A stretch of 64,000 nucleotides of DNA from Oedothorax gibbosus. Taxonomy: Eukaryota. The stretch covers positions 14,929,400 to 14,993,399 of the forward strand of contig CM033278.1 in NCBI GenBank assembly GCA_019343175.1. The letters are read 5' to 3'. This document shows positions 35,601-46,508 of this stretch, piece after piece (positions within the stretch are counted from its first letter, which is position 1; every line of letters starts with the position of its first letter). The notes under the pieces are model-generated. The model had not been told where the DNA came from. It saw only the letters and a list, made by a program, of their open reading frames with translations, and ran no database searches. The position numbers were made by a program, and so were the translations under genes.

Positions 35601-38600
35601 TTATATCTATAGGGATAAGGAGTTTGATTAGTTTCATTTGCGGGAGAAGGTCGATTTATTTGTTGGAGGCGAATCGCCATATCTAACCATTCAGCTAATG
35701 AGGCTGGTGAGCCAATAGTTAACCCTTGTTTTATTGGAAGTGGGACACAATCAGTTAAACCCTGTAATATTAAGTCAGTGGGAAGACCTAATCTCCTTCC
35801 AATTTCTGTTTTTTTTGCGAAAATACTCAACAATATCGTCTTGCATTTTAAGAACACAATTGTTAAATTCATTAAAAGAGGTTATGTTTGGAACAAGAAA
35901 GTGTTCAAGAAGTTTATTTTCTAGTTCAGACCAAGATTGAACGTTTACGCAATAATTTATATACCATTTTAAAGCAGATCCTTTTAAATGACGAGGTAAA
36001 TTTTGTAGTTTCCAAGTATGATCGGTATTTAAGTTGTTAAAATATGCTAGATAAGCTTTAACATTAATCCCCATGTCAGGATCAAAACTAATAATCGCTT
36101 CGGGTGACATTTCATTAATTGGTAATTTAATATCAGAAATACTATTTTCCAGTTCGTTTAACGTTAGAGTGTTGACTTGGGGAGTCGGTGAATTTTCAAC
36201 TGTACATAAATTAGGTGTTTCATTATTGGGTTGATTTTGTGATTGTTCATTATTAATTTCATTACTATCTGTTAGAGTCATATTTTCAGTTTGTTGGTCA
36301 GTACTTTTTTGGTCCGCCATGCTCTCGATTGATGTGCCTGAACGCAATAGCATAGAATTTTTTTTATTTAGTATGAAAAATTTAAATTAAATTGCTTCTT
36401 ATAACGAATAATTCGGTTATCGAGCATGGTAGAAACTAACTGGCAAACAAACTTCATTACGAAATTAAAATTAAAAGAAATTTTAATTTATAATCTTAAT
36501 TATTTAAATTTGGTTATAATTAAATTATATCAAATATTTCAACCATTCATCATATCAAATATCTCAAACATTCTTCTATTTCCAATCTCAGGTGCAATCG
36601 TGTATCAAAATAAAATATAAATTTGTTCACACATTTTTATAAAGTAATGAAAAAGATTTCACTTTAAAATGCAAAAGTTGGAATAATCAATTTATATTAA
36701 ATACTTAATTATATTTTCAGGAATGCTACATGTAAAAAATTAATTTTAATAAATTTTCAAAGGATACTTCTTGAAGCTTGTTCACGTTCATCTTGGGAAC
36801 ATTGAAAGCAGTATTTTTTTTGTATAGCACAAATCGGCGAAAATGTCACATAATTGAAGAATCACAATGACGTTTAATTTCACGATAAAAATGAGAAAGC
36901 ACAGTTTCAGTACAGCAATGGCACGAAGTTGTAGAGAGAGAAGTATCCGTATCCAGCAATTCGACAGTGTAATTCAGGGACAGCACACGGCAGAGAGGAG
37001 AGAGGCCACACCCAGGCCAGGAATTTAGTAGCAGGCATCGATGAGTCATCAATCAGGAACTTTACAAAGACGATTTATGATATTGCAGAGATGAGAGAAG
37101 CCGAGGTCAAATTCAAGTTACAGCAGATGACGAAAAAGCGATAGTTTGTAGTTAGTCCAGACAACAGCCGAGAAGTAATAGAAAAATAAATGGTTGTGTG
37201 CTTTGGCCATTTCGAAAGTTTAAATTTGTAAGAGGATTCCGCGCATGCAGGTAAAATATCCTGCCGACTTATGTCAAATAAGTCGACAGGGAAACTTCGT
37301 AAAAATTAAAGATCTTTTATTAAGACTTATTCATCAGGATTCAGGAAGAGATTGATTTGACGTCTGCAGTCGACGAAAGAGTGTGATCGAATGTGTACAA
37401 AAAATGGCGAAAACATCCGTGCTCTGTTTCACTGACCAATTACATCCATGGGAGAGTTGAAAGATCAATTAAAAATATGTGCTGACTAAATAGTTTCTGT
37501 GGGAACGAATTGATCTAAGCGACTGTTTGTCGCCGACAGGGTGTGGTTGGGAATGTTGGGATGTTAAAGTACTAAGTGATATTAAGGATATATGAGAAAG
37601 ATAATTTAAGTTATTAAGTTTAATTATTGAGGGGTCAAGTTATGATATGTCATATACAAAATATAAGATTTAAGTTATATTGAGGGGTCAAGTTATGATA
37701 TGTCATATATATTTTGCAAATTTTTTACTGACTGTTACAAATGTGTTTTAAAAAAACATTACATCTTTTGGTCTTTCATTATGAATGAAAAATGCATCTT
37801 GTAATTTTATACATACCAAATGCATATTCTCCCCAGGATATAATGGAAATGGGTCTTGCTCCAATCTCACTTCATAATCAGCATGTTTCAGTTTGATTTG
37901 GCCAGCACTATCATAGACCAAAGCATTATCGGCATCCCGAATTACAGGATTACAGATGATGCAGTAGTGACATGGGGGAATGATGACCATTTTCTTGGGT
38001 GGATGAAGAACTCTAGAATTTGAAAAAAGGATTAGATTACACTTTTATATCCCAGAGCTATTAAAACATCCATTAATTATTGTCTTTCAGGGACTAGACA
38101 GCTTAATGATCAGTTAGTCAGAAAGTCCAAGGTTGAGACCCCTGCCGTATATTATGATGTATTCTGAGCCCACTGCGACATATACTCGTTAAATCTTTTT
38201 TTAAAGTCCCAAACAAGCACCAACAAGAGGCCACTGGTTTGAGTTGAGTGCCCGCTCATCCAATGACCGGGGTTCCAGATTACAAAGCTTCTCATGGAAG
38301 GTTGCTATGGACAGCTTGGAAACTTATAAGGCCAAACTTTAACTTCCACCAGCAAAATACATAATACTAAAATAAGTTTGCTAGACAGCACCTAAACATT
38401 GAAAAATATCCTGTAAAAGTAACATTCGTAAAGAAAGACTCACCCAAGAGTTTACAATGCTTTATTACTATTTATTACAATATTAATAATTGAAAAATAA
38501 CTAAAAGTCTAATAAAACAAAGAAAATATTTCACAGAACAAATACTAATTGCATAAAACTATAAATACACATACCGTTCATTTTCCTGTCTAATGTATGT

Positions 38601-38720
38601 TTTGGGACCTGTTTCAACTCTTGTAGTATTAGCCGTTTGATCAAGAACATGCATATAATAGTACGGAGGAATTCGATAGATGCTCTTTTCAGAAGAGTCT
38701 GATTCTTTATTAGGAGCCAT
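23661..38720 (-). CDS. MVP: Major vault protein gene, 14 coding exons: 38720-38575, 38012-37817, 32793-32673, 32294-32068, 31431-31195, 30443-30312, 29782-29633, 29297-29026, 28584-28387, 27875-27734, 27351-27140, 26714-26471, 25823-25635, 23810-23661 (2616 nt = 871 aa + stop)
   Basis: N-terminus [49 protein letters not shown] matches vertebrate MVP ([42 protein letters not shown]). MVP repeat motifs are present: [32 protein letters not shown] and [25 protein letters not shown]. The shoulder and cap-helix regions also match: [54 protein letters not shown] and [10 protein letters not shown]-terminus is [24 protein letters not shown]. Every junction is AG/GT with matching phase, each exon frame agrees with its track ORF, and total length is divisible by 3. 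The TTG-initiated track ORF at 38747 is rejected in favour of the ATG at 38720, which sits just after an acceptor-like tttttag|CA. Confidence 0.9.
28915..29016. repeat. ~31-bp tandem repeat x3-4 (CAGCTTTATGTCMAATCATCAACCAAT) in MVP intron 8
   Basis: Read directly. Confidence 0.6.
33434..35188 (-). CDS. Retroelement pol (protease-RT-RNase H, 584 aa; ends immediately after RNase H)
   Basis: Track ORF. RT YxDD box YFDDIIIHS present. No HHCC/DDE integrase region anywhere downstream. The stop (33436-33434) lies inside the 3' 71-bp repeat. Confidence 0.85.
   Translation of the reverse strand: MEHLILKSCINQNDNIPCIIDTASTLNIIPNNFVVKYNLKCKQINPFLVKQANSNFSINKCVDVSLNLGRITKTITLFVNPSPLPYIILGLSGCSTFKLIINCENKQITQNNVILPHYYDIQLPMINHLSLMMHCENDNQCSNNQYSLNNNINQGYSLFEQNNKQTFRASVNTNYLQIAHEDSEIERLLLTHRSVFATSQYDVGCINVEPQKIILNSDLPINQRPYRTSLVNEREIDSHVQQLLEANLIEETNSPYAAPVTLVAKHGEPNKTRFCIDYRKLNHITKLDSEPLPRIDSILDKLYNSKIFSTIDLASGYHQVPIAQSDREKLAFVTHRGLYTFKRLPFGFKNAPAIFNRIIRRILTKYKVDFAYNYFDDIIIHSNSKAEHLQHLNKIFEIMHQEKIKLKFSKCVFAQNQINFLGYEIKYGIITPNKVNIETIKKLTPPKDKRSLQRYLGSVNVYAKFIKDYAKIRYPLNQLLKKDVTWSWTPECQQSFEALKNALISKPILKLFNPNSPSHIFVDASSTAVAGILKQEDENGILHPVAYHSRTLRDYEKNYAITELECLAIVDTIDKFHYILMNKS
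35192..36353 (-). CDS. Retroelement gag, split over two overlapping frames (36353-35775 and 35872-35192), so frameshifted or degenerate
   Basis: Track ORFs. Q/N/P-rich with a CCHC-like knuckle. The gag stop at 35192 abuts the pol start at 35188 in another frame. Track ORF 35287..35637 (-) is nested in gag and rejected. Confidence 0.65.
37270..37340. repeat. 5'-side copy of the 71-bp direct repeat flanking the retroelement (3'-side copy at 33383-33453)
   Basis: Identical 71-mers read directly. Confidence 0.9.
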
Positions 38721-38843
38721 TGCTAAAAACAACAAAAGTAAGTTCAAAAGTTAAAACCATTATTTTACAGGTTAACTGATGTTCAAAAAGTTATATATTT
38801 GTAAATTTTAAGGCTTATATACAATTCATGAATTCTACTTTGT

Positions 38844-38858
38844 GGGGGGGGGGGGGGG
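38844..38858. repeat. G15 homopolymer
   Basis: Read directly. A matching C14 lies at 60255-60268. Confidence 0.85.
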
Positions 38859-41494
38859 TATAAGGAAGGAATAAGTATAAGGAATTTCAATTTATATCAA
38901 GAAATTTATGAACACACAATGAATCAGCTTATACACTTGTTTACTTCCTAAAAAACTTTTTTAATTGTGATTTTTTTTGCATTACCACTCTGGAAAGTAC
39001 TAAATATGCATTTTTAAAAAGAATTTTGTTACAAACTTAAAAATTGATAATAAATCGTCGTGCTGATAATAAAAGGTACGTTCTAAAATTAATTTTACCC
39101 TGCAATGAAGGAAGAGGAGGCCAATCAGTGGAACTTTCCAGTTTGTATATATTTTGACGAAAACTAAAAAGTTTTGGGAAATTTAATCAGAGGCAGATGT
39201 GAATGCAAGTATTGTCGATGTCATCACAAACCGGCAACCGGCAGGGCAAGGCAACACAGAATACACGCAATCTTGCGAGTTGCGTTATCACACGCAACAA
39301 CAAAAAAACGCCTTCTTTGTTTTGCTTTTTTTTGTTATTGAAACCGGAGCGGAATGGCTTTGGCGCCGGTCTGACAAGAAATGTTTCACCTTTGGCATCT
39401 TTTTTGCATTGACAATAGTTTGTAACCCTACTTCAATTAAAATTTAAACTAACACTTAAGAATAAAACCACACCCATTAAATGGTTAAATAACGTATAAG
39501 GATAAAAATTAATCAAAAGTTCAACTTTAAAGAATTATTTTTGATATCAAACCACAAATTAAAAAAAATATTAACATAACAACAGACTATAAGTAGGATT
39601 GCGGCATTTAGCGTAGTATAAAGAGATACAACGCCAAATGCTGCAGTACAGCATATTTTCTTGCTAAGTAACGTTCATAGCCGTAACGTTTCATTGTAAG
39701 CCATTCCTATTTTAAATATTTAGAAATCTATGAATATTCGTTTTTTGTGTTACTCGATCGAAACAATGAACACCACTTGGCAATTTGGCCTTGGAAAAAT
39801 TTCTATTATTAAGAACGGGTTGCTATAGCTTTCCATTTGTTTGAAAATGCTATAAAAACCAAGACAAAAGCAGTCGACCTCACATTAATTTTCCACAGAA
39901 AAGGAAATTCCTAAATTCTAAGTTACAGCTGATTTTATTTTTTATTATTATTATAATGATCAAATTAAATGATAAACATAGGCCAAGAAAGTTTCCAATA
40001 ATATTAGAGATTCACAGTTTAATTATTCACGTCTTGTTCCTGCAGTTGGATAAATAACTTACTCTTCCATTGATATCAGTTTCATATAAGTTGCTACAAG
40101 TTTCCCCCTCAAGATAAGCAAATTGGCTTAACCATAAACCTAATTTTACTGCAGGTTTAATATTTAACTGAAGTGTTATAAACTTTTTTATATTTCTTAC
40201 TCATTGCCATTATTTGCAAATAATAAATAACTCCTCCATACTTTAAATTTTATAATGTAGTTAAATTTAAAACGTAATATTCCCTAGAGGATGAAAAAAA
40301 ATATATATATGTAAAAAAAAAAAATACTTACCCATAACCCATGTCTCTCTCTCCAGTACAATAATTATTTTTAAGTTATTTAAAAATATTTTTACTCTTT
40401 AGCTTTAAAAGAAGATAGAGTAGCTTTAGCTTTTAAATAGAAGATTTAAGCACATTTTTATGTCCGACATTCTGGAATTACCCTAAAAGCCAGTTAATGA
40501 CCATTATCAAGCTTTATGTTCAATACATAGATAACTATTAATACCTATCATTTAGGATGTTTATTTTACTAGTAAACTGTAGCTGGATCATATAAATTTA
40601 ATATAAGTGCACCTGATGTCATCAGATCATTAATAGTTATTCTTTTTAAAAAAAATCAGGACAGCACATAGGGAAATTATAGCATTTTCCTTCACAGAAA
40701 AAATGTATCTTCAGTTGATTTTCCAAGTTTTTTTAGAAACTAAAACTAAAGAATGGTTTTATTGAATACCGAAAATATGATGAAACCTTTCACTACACAT
40801 GTTGTAGCTACTAGACTTTTTTTAGTAAAAAACCTAGGGCTGCATTTGCACAGTTAGCTCATATCTCCAATATCGGGTAAGATAAAAGCAGTAATCTCAA
40901 GGTAAAGCATCTTGATATTTTTAAAAGATAATTTCACTTTTACAGTTTTAATGATTTTTAAATACAACTTTTTTTTTTTTTGTCTTACATCAACTTTTTT
41001 TAATACAGTAGACACCCTGTTAACCGGCCTAAATGAGACTGGGAAAGACAGTTAAGCGAAAATCAATTAAACATTTGATTGTACATTCATATATATTGAT
41101 GATATTTGCTGTATAAGTAAAGATATAATATAAAACACCATTTTGTTCCATGTATTAAATAAAGCATTACAAGATACATTCCGTTATAAAATCAGTAACT
41201 TTTTTTGTTGCAATCTAGAAAATCTGATACTTACTACATAGTTCCACATGGTATTGATATAATTTTTAGGAATAAAAAAAAATCGGCTAGTTAAAAAGGA
41301 GATCCGATTAAAAGGGAGTCTACTGTATTACTTTTTGAAGTGCTTAACATCATTAATGTCATTGAGAGATTATCCTTCCACTTCCTTACATATTCAACTT
41401 GTCACTTTTGCAACATCTGAATCATCAAATGCTTTGTTTCAAAGAGTACTTGTGAGAACAACATTAGTAAAAATACCCAAATCTAACAGAAAGA

Positions 41495-41612
41495 TCAAAA
41501 GTCGACGACCGGTCGGTAAGCGCTGGGAGCAAACGTTGAATAATCGACGGCCGGTCGGTATGCGCCGAGAACCAAATGTTGATTAATCGACGGCCGGTCG
41601 GTAAAGTGTTAA
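41495..41612. repeat. GC-rich ~40-bp tandem repeat x3 with palindromic cores (CGACGRCCGGTCGGTA; CGGCCG / ACCGGT), just 3' of NACA
   Basis: Read directly. Track ORF 41335..41586 overlaps and is rejected. Confidence 0.65.
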
Positions 41613-41967
41613 GGTGAAGACATAAAATTCAAAACCTTAATTACCAGTTACAAAAAAACAGAAAATTATGCCAGTTTGAAAAAGTTTAAAGAACATGCCA
41701 GCATTTATCAAGATATAGAGAAGTGTTTAACTGACCCTTAAGTGCATTACTACAAATATTTTAACTTAGCAGCACTTTATTGAATAACACAGTGGTATTA
41801 TTTTTAGATACATTTTTTTAATTAAGTGAACATAACATTTCATTCAAATAAAGAACAACAATACTTAATTGACGATACATAGTGAATACATTTGTTTCCA
41901 CTTCCAAAGACACTTGATCAAGTCCGGGAACACAACACTTCTTCCAAACTTGACCAAGTTAAAAATG

Positions 41968-43772
<1,805 letters not shown>

Positions 43773-46508
43773 ATGGATTTTATACGTAATACGATTTTCT
43801 TCATTACCTTTTTTATACAACTTTCATTTATTTTTTGTCTTTTCGATGATCAAGTTGGAAAATTTGACTGGAGACAACAATACATAGGCAAAATTAAGTA
43901 CTCTTACATTGATCCATCAATAGGAGGATCTCAAAAATTTGTTGTTGCAACCGAAGAAAATGTTCTATCTTGCCTAAGTACACGTACTGGAAGTATTATA
44001 TGGAGACAAATTCTAGAGGCTGGCGAAAATGGAGTCATCGATGCAATGTCGGAAGATGGAGATTTAATAACAGTCAGTGGGAAAGGACAGTTTATTCGCA
44101 GTTGGGATCCTAACACAGGCATATTACTATGGGAAACTTCTTTTCCTAATGCTGCTCAGAATGAAGCCTTGCTTCATTTTGCAATCAGCACTCATAATAA
44201 AGAGATAATAAGAATCGAAACTCTTCCCGAGAAGCACACAAGAGTGTCTGTGTACAGTTTCACCAGAGCTTCACTGAAAACTTCGGACGTCATTCCTACA
44301 CCATGGTACAACAAAAACACTAACTGCAGTTTCATTTCTCCTGGATACTTTGCATGTATTGAAAGTAGCAAGAAAGTCCTTCAGTTGTTGTCAGTCAAAG
44401 ATAGCGGGGCATTCATACCGGTAACATTGCAAAGTCTCGGGATAGAGTTAGATAAAAATATTCGCGAAGTTAATGTTGTTTCCTTACCATATCAGGGATT
44501 GTCGGAAAAACCAGTCATGGCTCTCCAAATGGAAGATAGCGGAATGCTTTTGCAGATATATCCTCCAGGAATAAAACTGATGAAAATCTTAACCAATATG
44601 AATGAAGTTTCATCCACACTAATTGAGGATAAACTTGTGCTTTTTACTTTATATCGCTCCGGCAACTCTTACCAAATTAATGCTCTTGATGTTGAATCAA
44701 AAAGCGCATTAGATTATCTAAGTGGAACATTTACTTTATCTGAAAACAGAGGAGATTTAGATTCGTTCTTTATTCTTCCTTACACAAAGAAAGACCATGG
44801 CGTGAGCTATAAGGTCATGCTCTTGTTTGAAGACTACTCTGTGCTGGTTATTCACCAACAAGGAAGGTTAGTGTGGTCACGTGAGGAGGCTTTATCAAAT
44901 ATTGTGGCAACTGAGGTTTTGGATTTGCCATTATCAGACACAGATGCCAGCATTGAGCAAGAATTTGGCCAGCCTGATGTGGGTACAATTACCAAGTTCT
45001 TAATAAGACTCAAGTCTCAAGTTTACCAGGTACAAAATGTTCTCTTACAAGCTCTCATTGGCATGAAAGGAGATAATAGCAATGTAGGAACGAACAAAAG
45101 AACTCTTACCCGTGATACCTTTGGCTTGCATAAGATAATTGTCGTTATTAGCAAACCAGGTAAAATTTTTGGCATTGATAATCTCTCCGGATTGATTGTG
45201 TGGAGTCATTTTGAAAAGGATTTTTCCCCATTCTATAAAGGTGATAACCCACATTATCCCTTATTTGTCCAACGTACAACAGCCCATTTTCCTTACCCTC
45301 CCGTTTGCACAGCATTGGCTCGCCATAGGGATACAAAGCACAGTCGTATCTACTCCTTCAATCCAATCAATGGAGCCACACTAGAGTCAAAAGTGCTGCC
45401 ATTTGATGTTGTCCAAGTCATGACCGTGGGAAGTCTCGACCACTACCTTCGTGGAATATTTCTTCTGGATTCAAGTTTGAAAGTTCATGTTTATCCAGAG
45501 TCTCACGATATATCTCGACATAAAGATTCCCACTACATGTTTACTGCTCAAAGTGGAACAGGCAGTTTGACTGGATATTCCCTCGCAGCTGATGAAAACA
45601 ACCAACTGAACGCCGTTGAGGTGTGGAAAATTGATCTGCCCCAACCTATTGTGCAAGTTGTCACAAAACGGCCCTTTGAACATGTCCATTCCCAAGGCAG
45701 AGTTATGGGTGACAGGAGCGTTCTGTACAAGTACCTCAATCCCAACCTGGCAGCAGTCTTCACCGAAGGCAGCGACACAATCCAAAAGACATTCTGCAAT
45801 ATCTACCTGGTGGATGTCATCACAGGCCTGATTGTGTATTCTGCATCCCACAAGAGATGCAGGAGCCCTATCCACGTGGTCCACTCCGAAAACTGGGTGA
45901 TCTACAGCTTCTACAACGACAAATCCAGGAGGGTCGAAGTTTCCTCCATTGAACTTTTTGAGGGCAAGTACCAGAGCAACACGACAGCCTTCTCTTCGTT
46001 CGCTCCTCCACCTTTACCGGTGATAGAACACCAGACCTTCATATTCCCGTCGAACGTCATCACCATGACCGACACAGTCACCGAGAGAGGGATGACCAAT
46101 AAGCATCTCCTGATTGCCTTGCCCTCTGGTGGAATCTTAGAACTGCCCAAAACATTCTTGGATCCAAGACGTCCCATCACCCCTCTCGCAGAACACCGCG
46201 AGGAAGGCCTCATCCCCTACATTCCAGAACTCCCAATCATGTCTGAAGGCATCTTAAACTACAATCAGAGTGTTCTACGAGTGAAGGGCATAGTCACTGC
46301 CCCATCCGGATTGGAGTCCACATGTTTAGTGTTTGTTCATGGCCTAGATCTATTTTATACTAGAGCCACTCCTTCAAAGACATTCGATATTCTCAAGGAT
46401 GACTTCGACCACTATCTAATTAGTGTTGTTCTATTAGGATTGTTAGCTTTGTCCTACACAACAAAGAGGCTTGCTACACGCAAGACGCTTAGAGCAGCAT
46501 GGAAATAG
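43773..46508 (+). CDS. EMC1: ER membrane protein complex subunit 1: single uninterrupted 911-aa ORF with signal peptide, PQQ-like beta-propeller region, DUF1620-like C-terminus and a C-terminal TM helix
   Basis: Track ORF with real ATG (aaaATGg). N-terminal DDQVGKFDWRQQYIGKIKY matches EMC1 (EDQVGKFDWRQQYVGKVKF). FEHVHSQGRVMGDRSVLYK is near-identical to human EMC1 (EHVHSQGRVMGDRSVLYK). Other matching blocks: VQRTTAHFPYPP, IHVVHSENWV, LDPRRP, TAPSGLESTCLV and KRLA. Co-linear with full-length EMC1 and no stops, hence intronless. Antisense track ORFs inside (43931..44122, 45045..45254, 45471..45884, 45911..46213 and others) are rejected. Confidence 0.93.
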   Translation: MDFIRNTIFFITFFIQLSFIFCLFDDQVGKFDWRQQYIGKIKYSYIDPSIGGSQKFVVATEENVLSCLSTRTGSIIWRQILEAGENGVIDAMSEDGDLITVSGKGQFIRSWDPNTGILLWETSFPNAAQNEALLHFAISTHNKEIIRIETLPEKHTRVSVYSFTRASLKTSDVIPTPWYNKNTNCSFISPGYFACIESSKKVLQLLSVKDSGAFIPVTLQSLGIELDKNIREVNVVSLPYQGLSEKPVMALQMEDSGMLLQIYPPGIKLMKILTNMNEVSSTLIEDKLVLFTLYRSGNSYQINALDVESKSALDYLSGTFTLSENRGDLDSFFILPYTKKDHGVSYKVMLLFEDYSVLVIHQQGRLVWSREEALSNIVATEVLDLPLSDTDASIEQEFGQPDVGTITKFLIRLKSQVYQVQNVLLQALIGMKGDNSNVGTNKRTLTRDTFGLHKIIVVISKPGKIFGIDNLSGLIVWSHFEKDFSPFYKGDNPHYPLFVQRTTAHFPYPPVCTALARHRDTKHSRIYSFNPINGATLESKVLPFDVVQVMTVGSLDHYLRGIFLLDSSLKVHVYPESHDISRHKDSHYMFTAQSGTGSLTGYSLAADENNQLNAVEVWKIDLPQPIVQVVTKRPFEHVHSQGRVMGDRSVLYKYLNPNLAAVFTEGSDTIQKTFCNIYLVDVITGLIVYSASHKRCRSPIHVVHSENWVIYSFYNDKSRRVEVSSIELFEGKYQSNTTAFSSFAPPPLPVIEHQTFIFPSNVITMTDTVTERGMTNKHLLIALPSGGILELPKTFLDPRRPITPLAEHREEGLIPYIPELPIMSEGILNYNQSVLRVKGIVTAPSGLESTCLVFVHGLDLFYTRATPSKTFDILKDDFDHYLISVVLLGLLALSYTTKRLATRKTLRAAWK

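Larger units (their letters stand above)
33383..37340 (-). mobile_element. Truncated Ty3/gypsy-like retroelement (gag, protease, RT, RNase H; no integrase) in MVP intron 2, same orientation as MVP, bounded by perfect 71-bp direct repeats
   Basis: Pol ORF 35188..33434 carries the RT motif YFDDIIIHS, an F-x-FGF-x-NAP block and an RNase H-like C-terminus. An upstream DTAS is protease-like. The gag ORFs have a CCHC-like knuckle, [19 protein letters not shown]. The 71-bp repeat TATGTCAAATAAGTCGACAGGGAAACTTCGTAAAAATTAAAGATCTTTTATTAAGACTTATTCATCAGGAT lies at 33383-33453 and 37270-37340. Confidence 0.85.

Noticed and set aside
33434-36353. Full autonomous LTR retrotransposon
   Set aside because: No integrase domain, no recognisable long LTRs, and gag is frameshifted. 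Annotated as a truncated, non-autonomous copy.
38720-38747. Track ORF start at 38747 ([14 protein letters not shown]…) for MVP
   Set aside because: Position 38747 is a TTG, not ATG, and tttttag|CAATGG just upstream of the ATG at 38720 looks like a 5' UTR intron acceptor. MAPNK… aligns to the MVP N-terminus.
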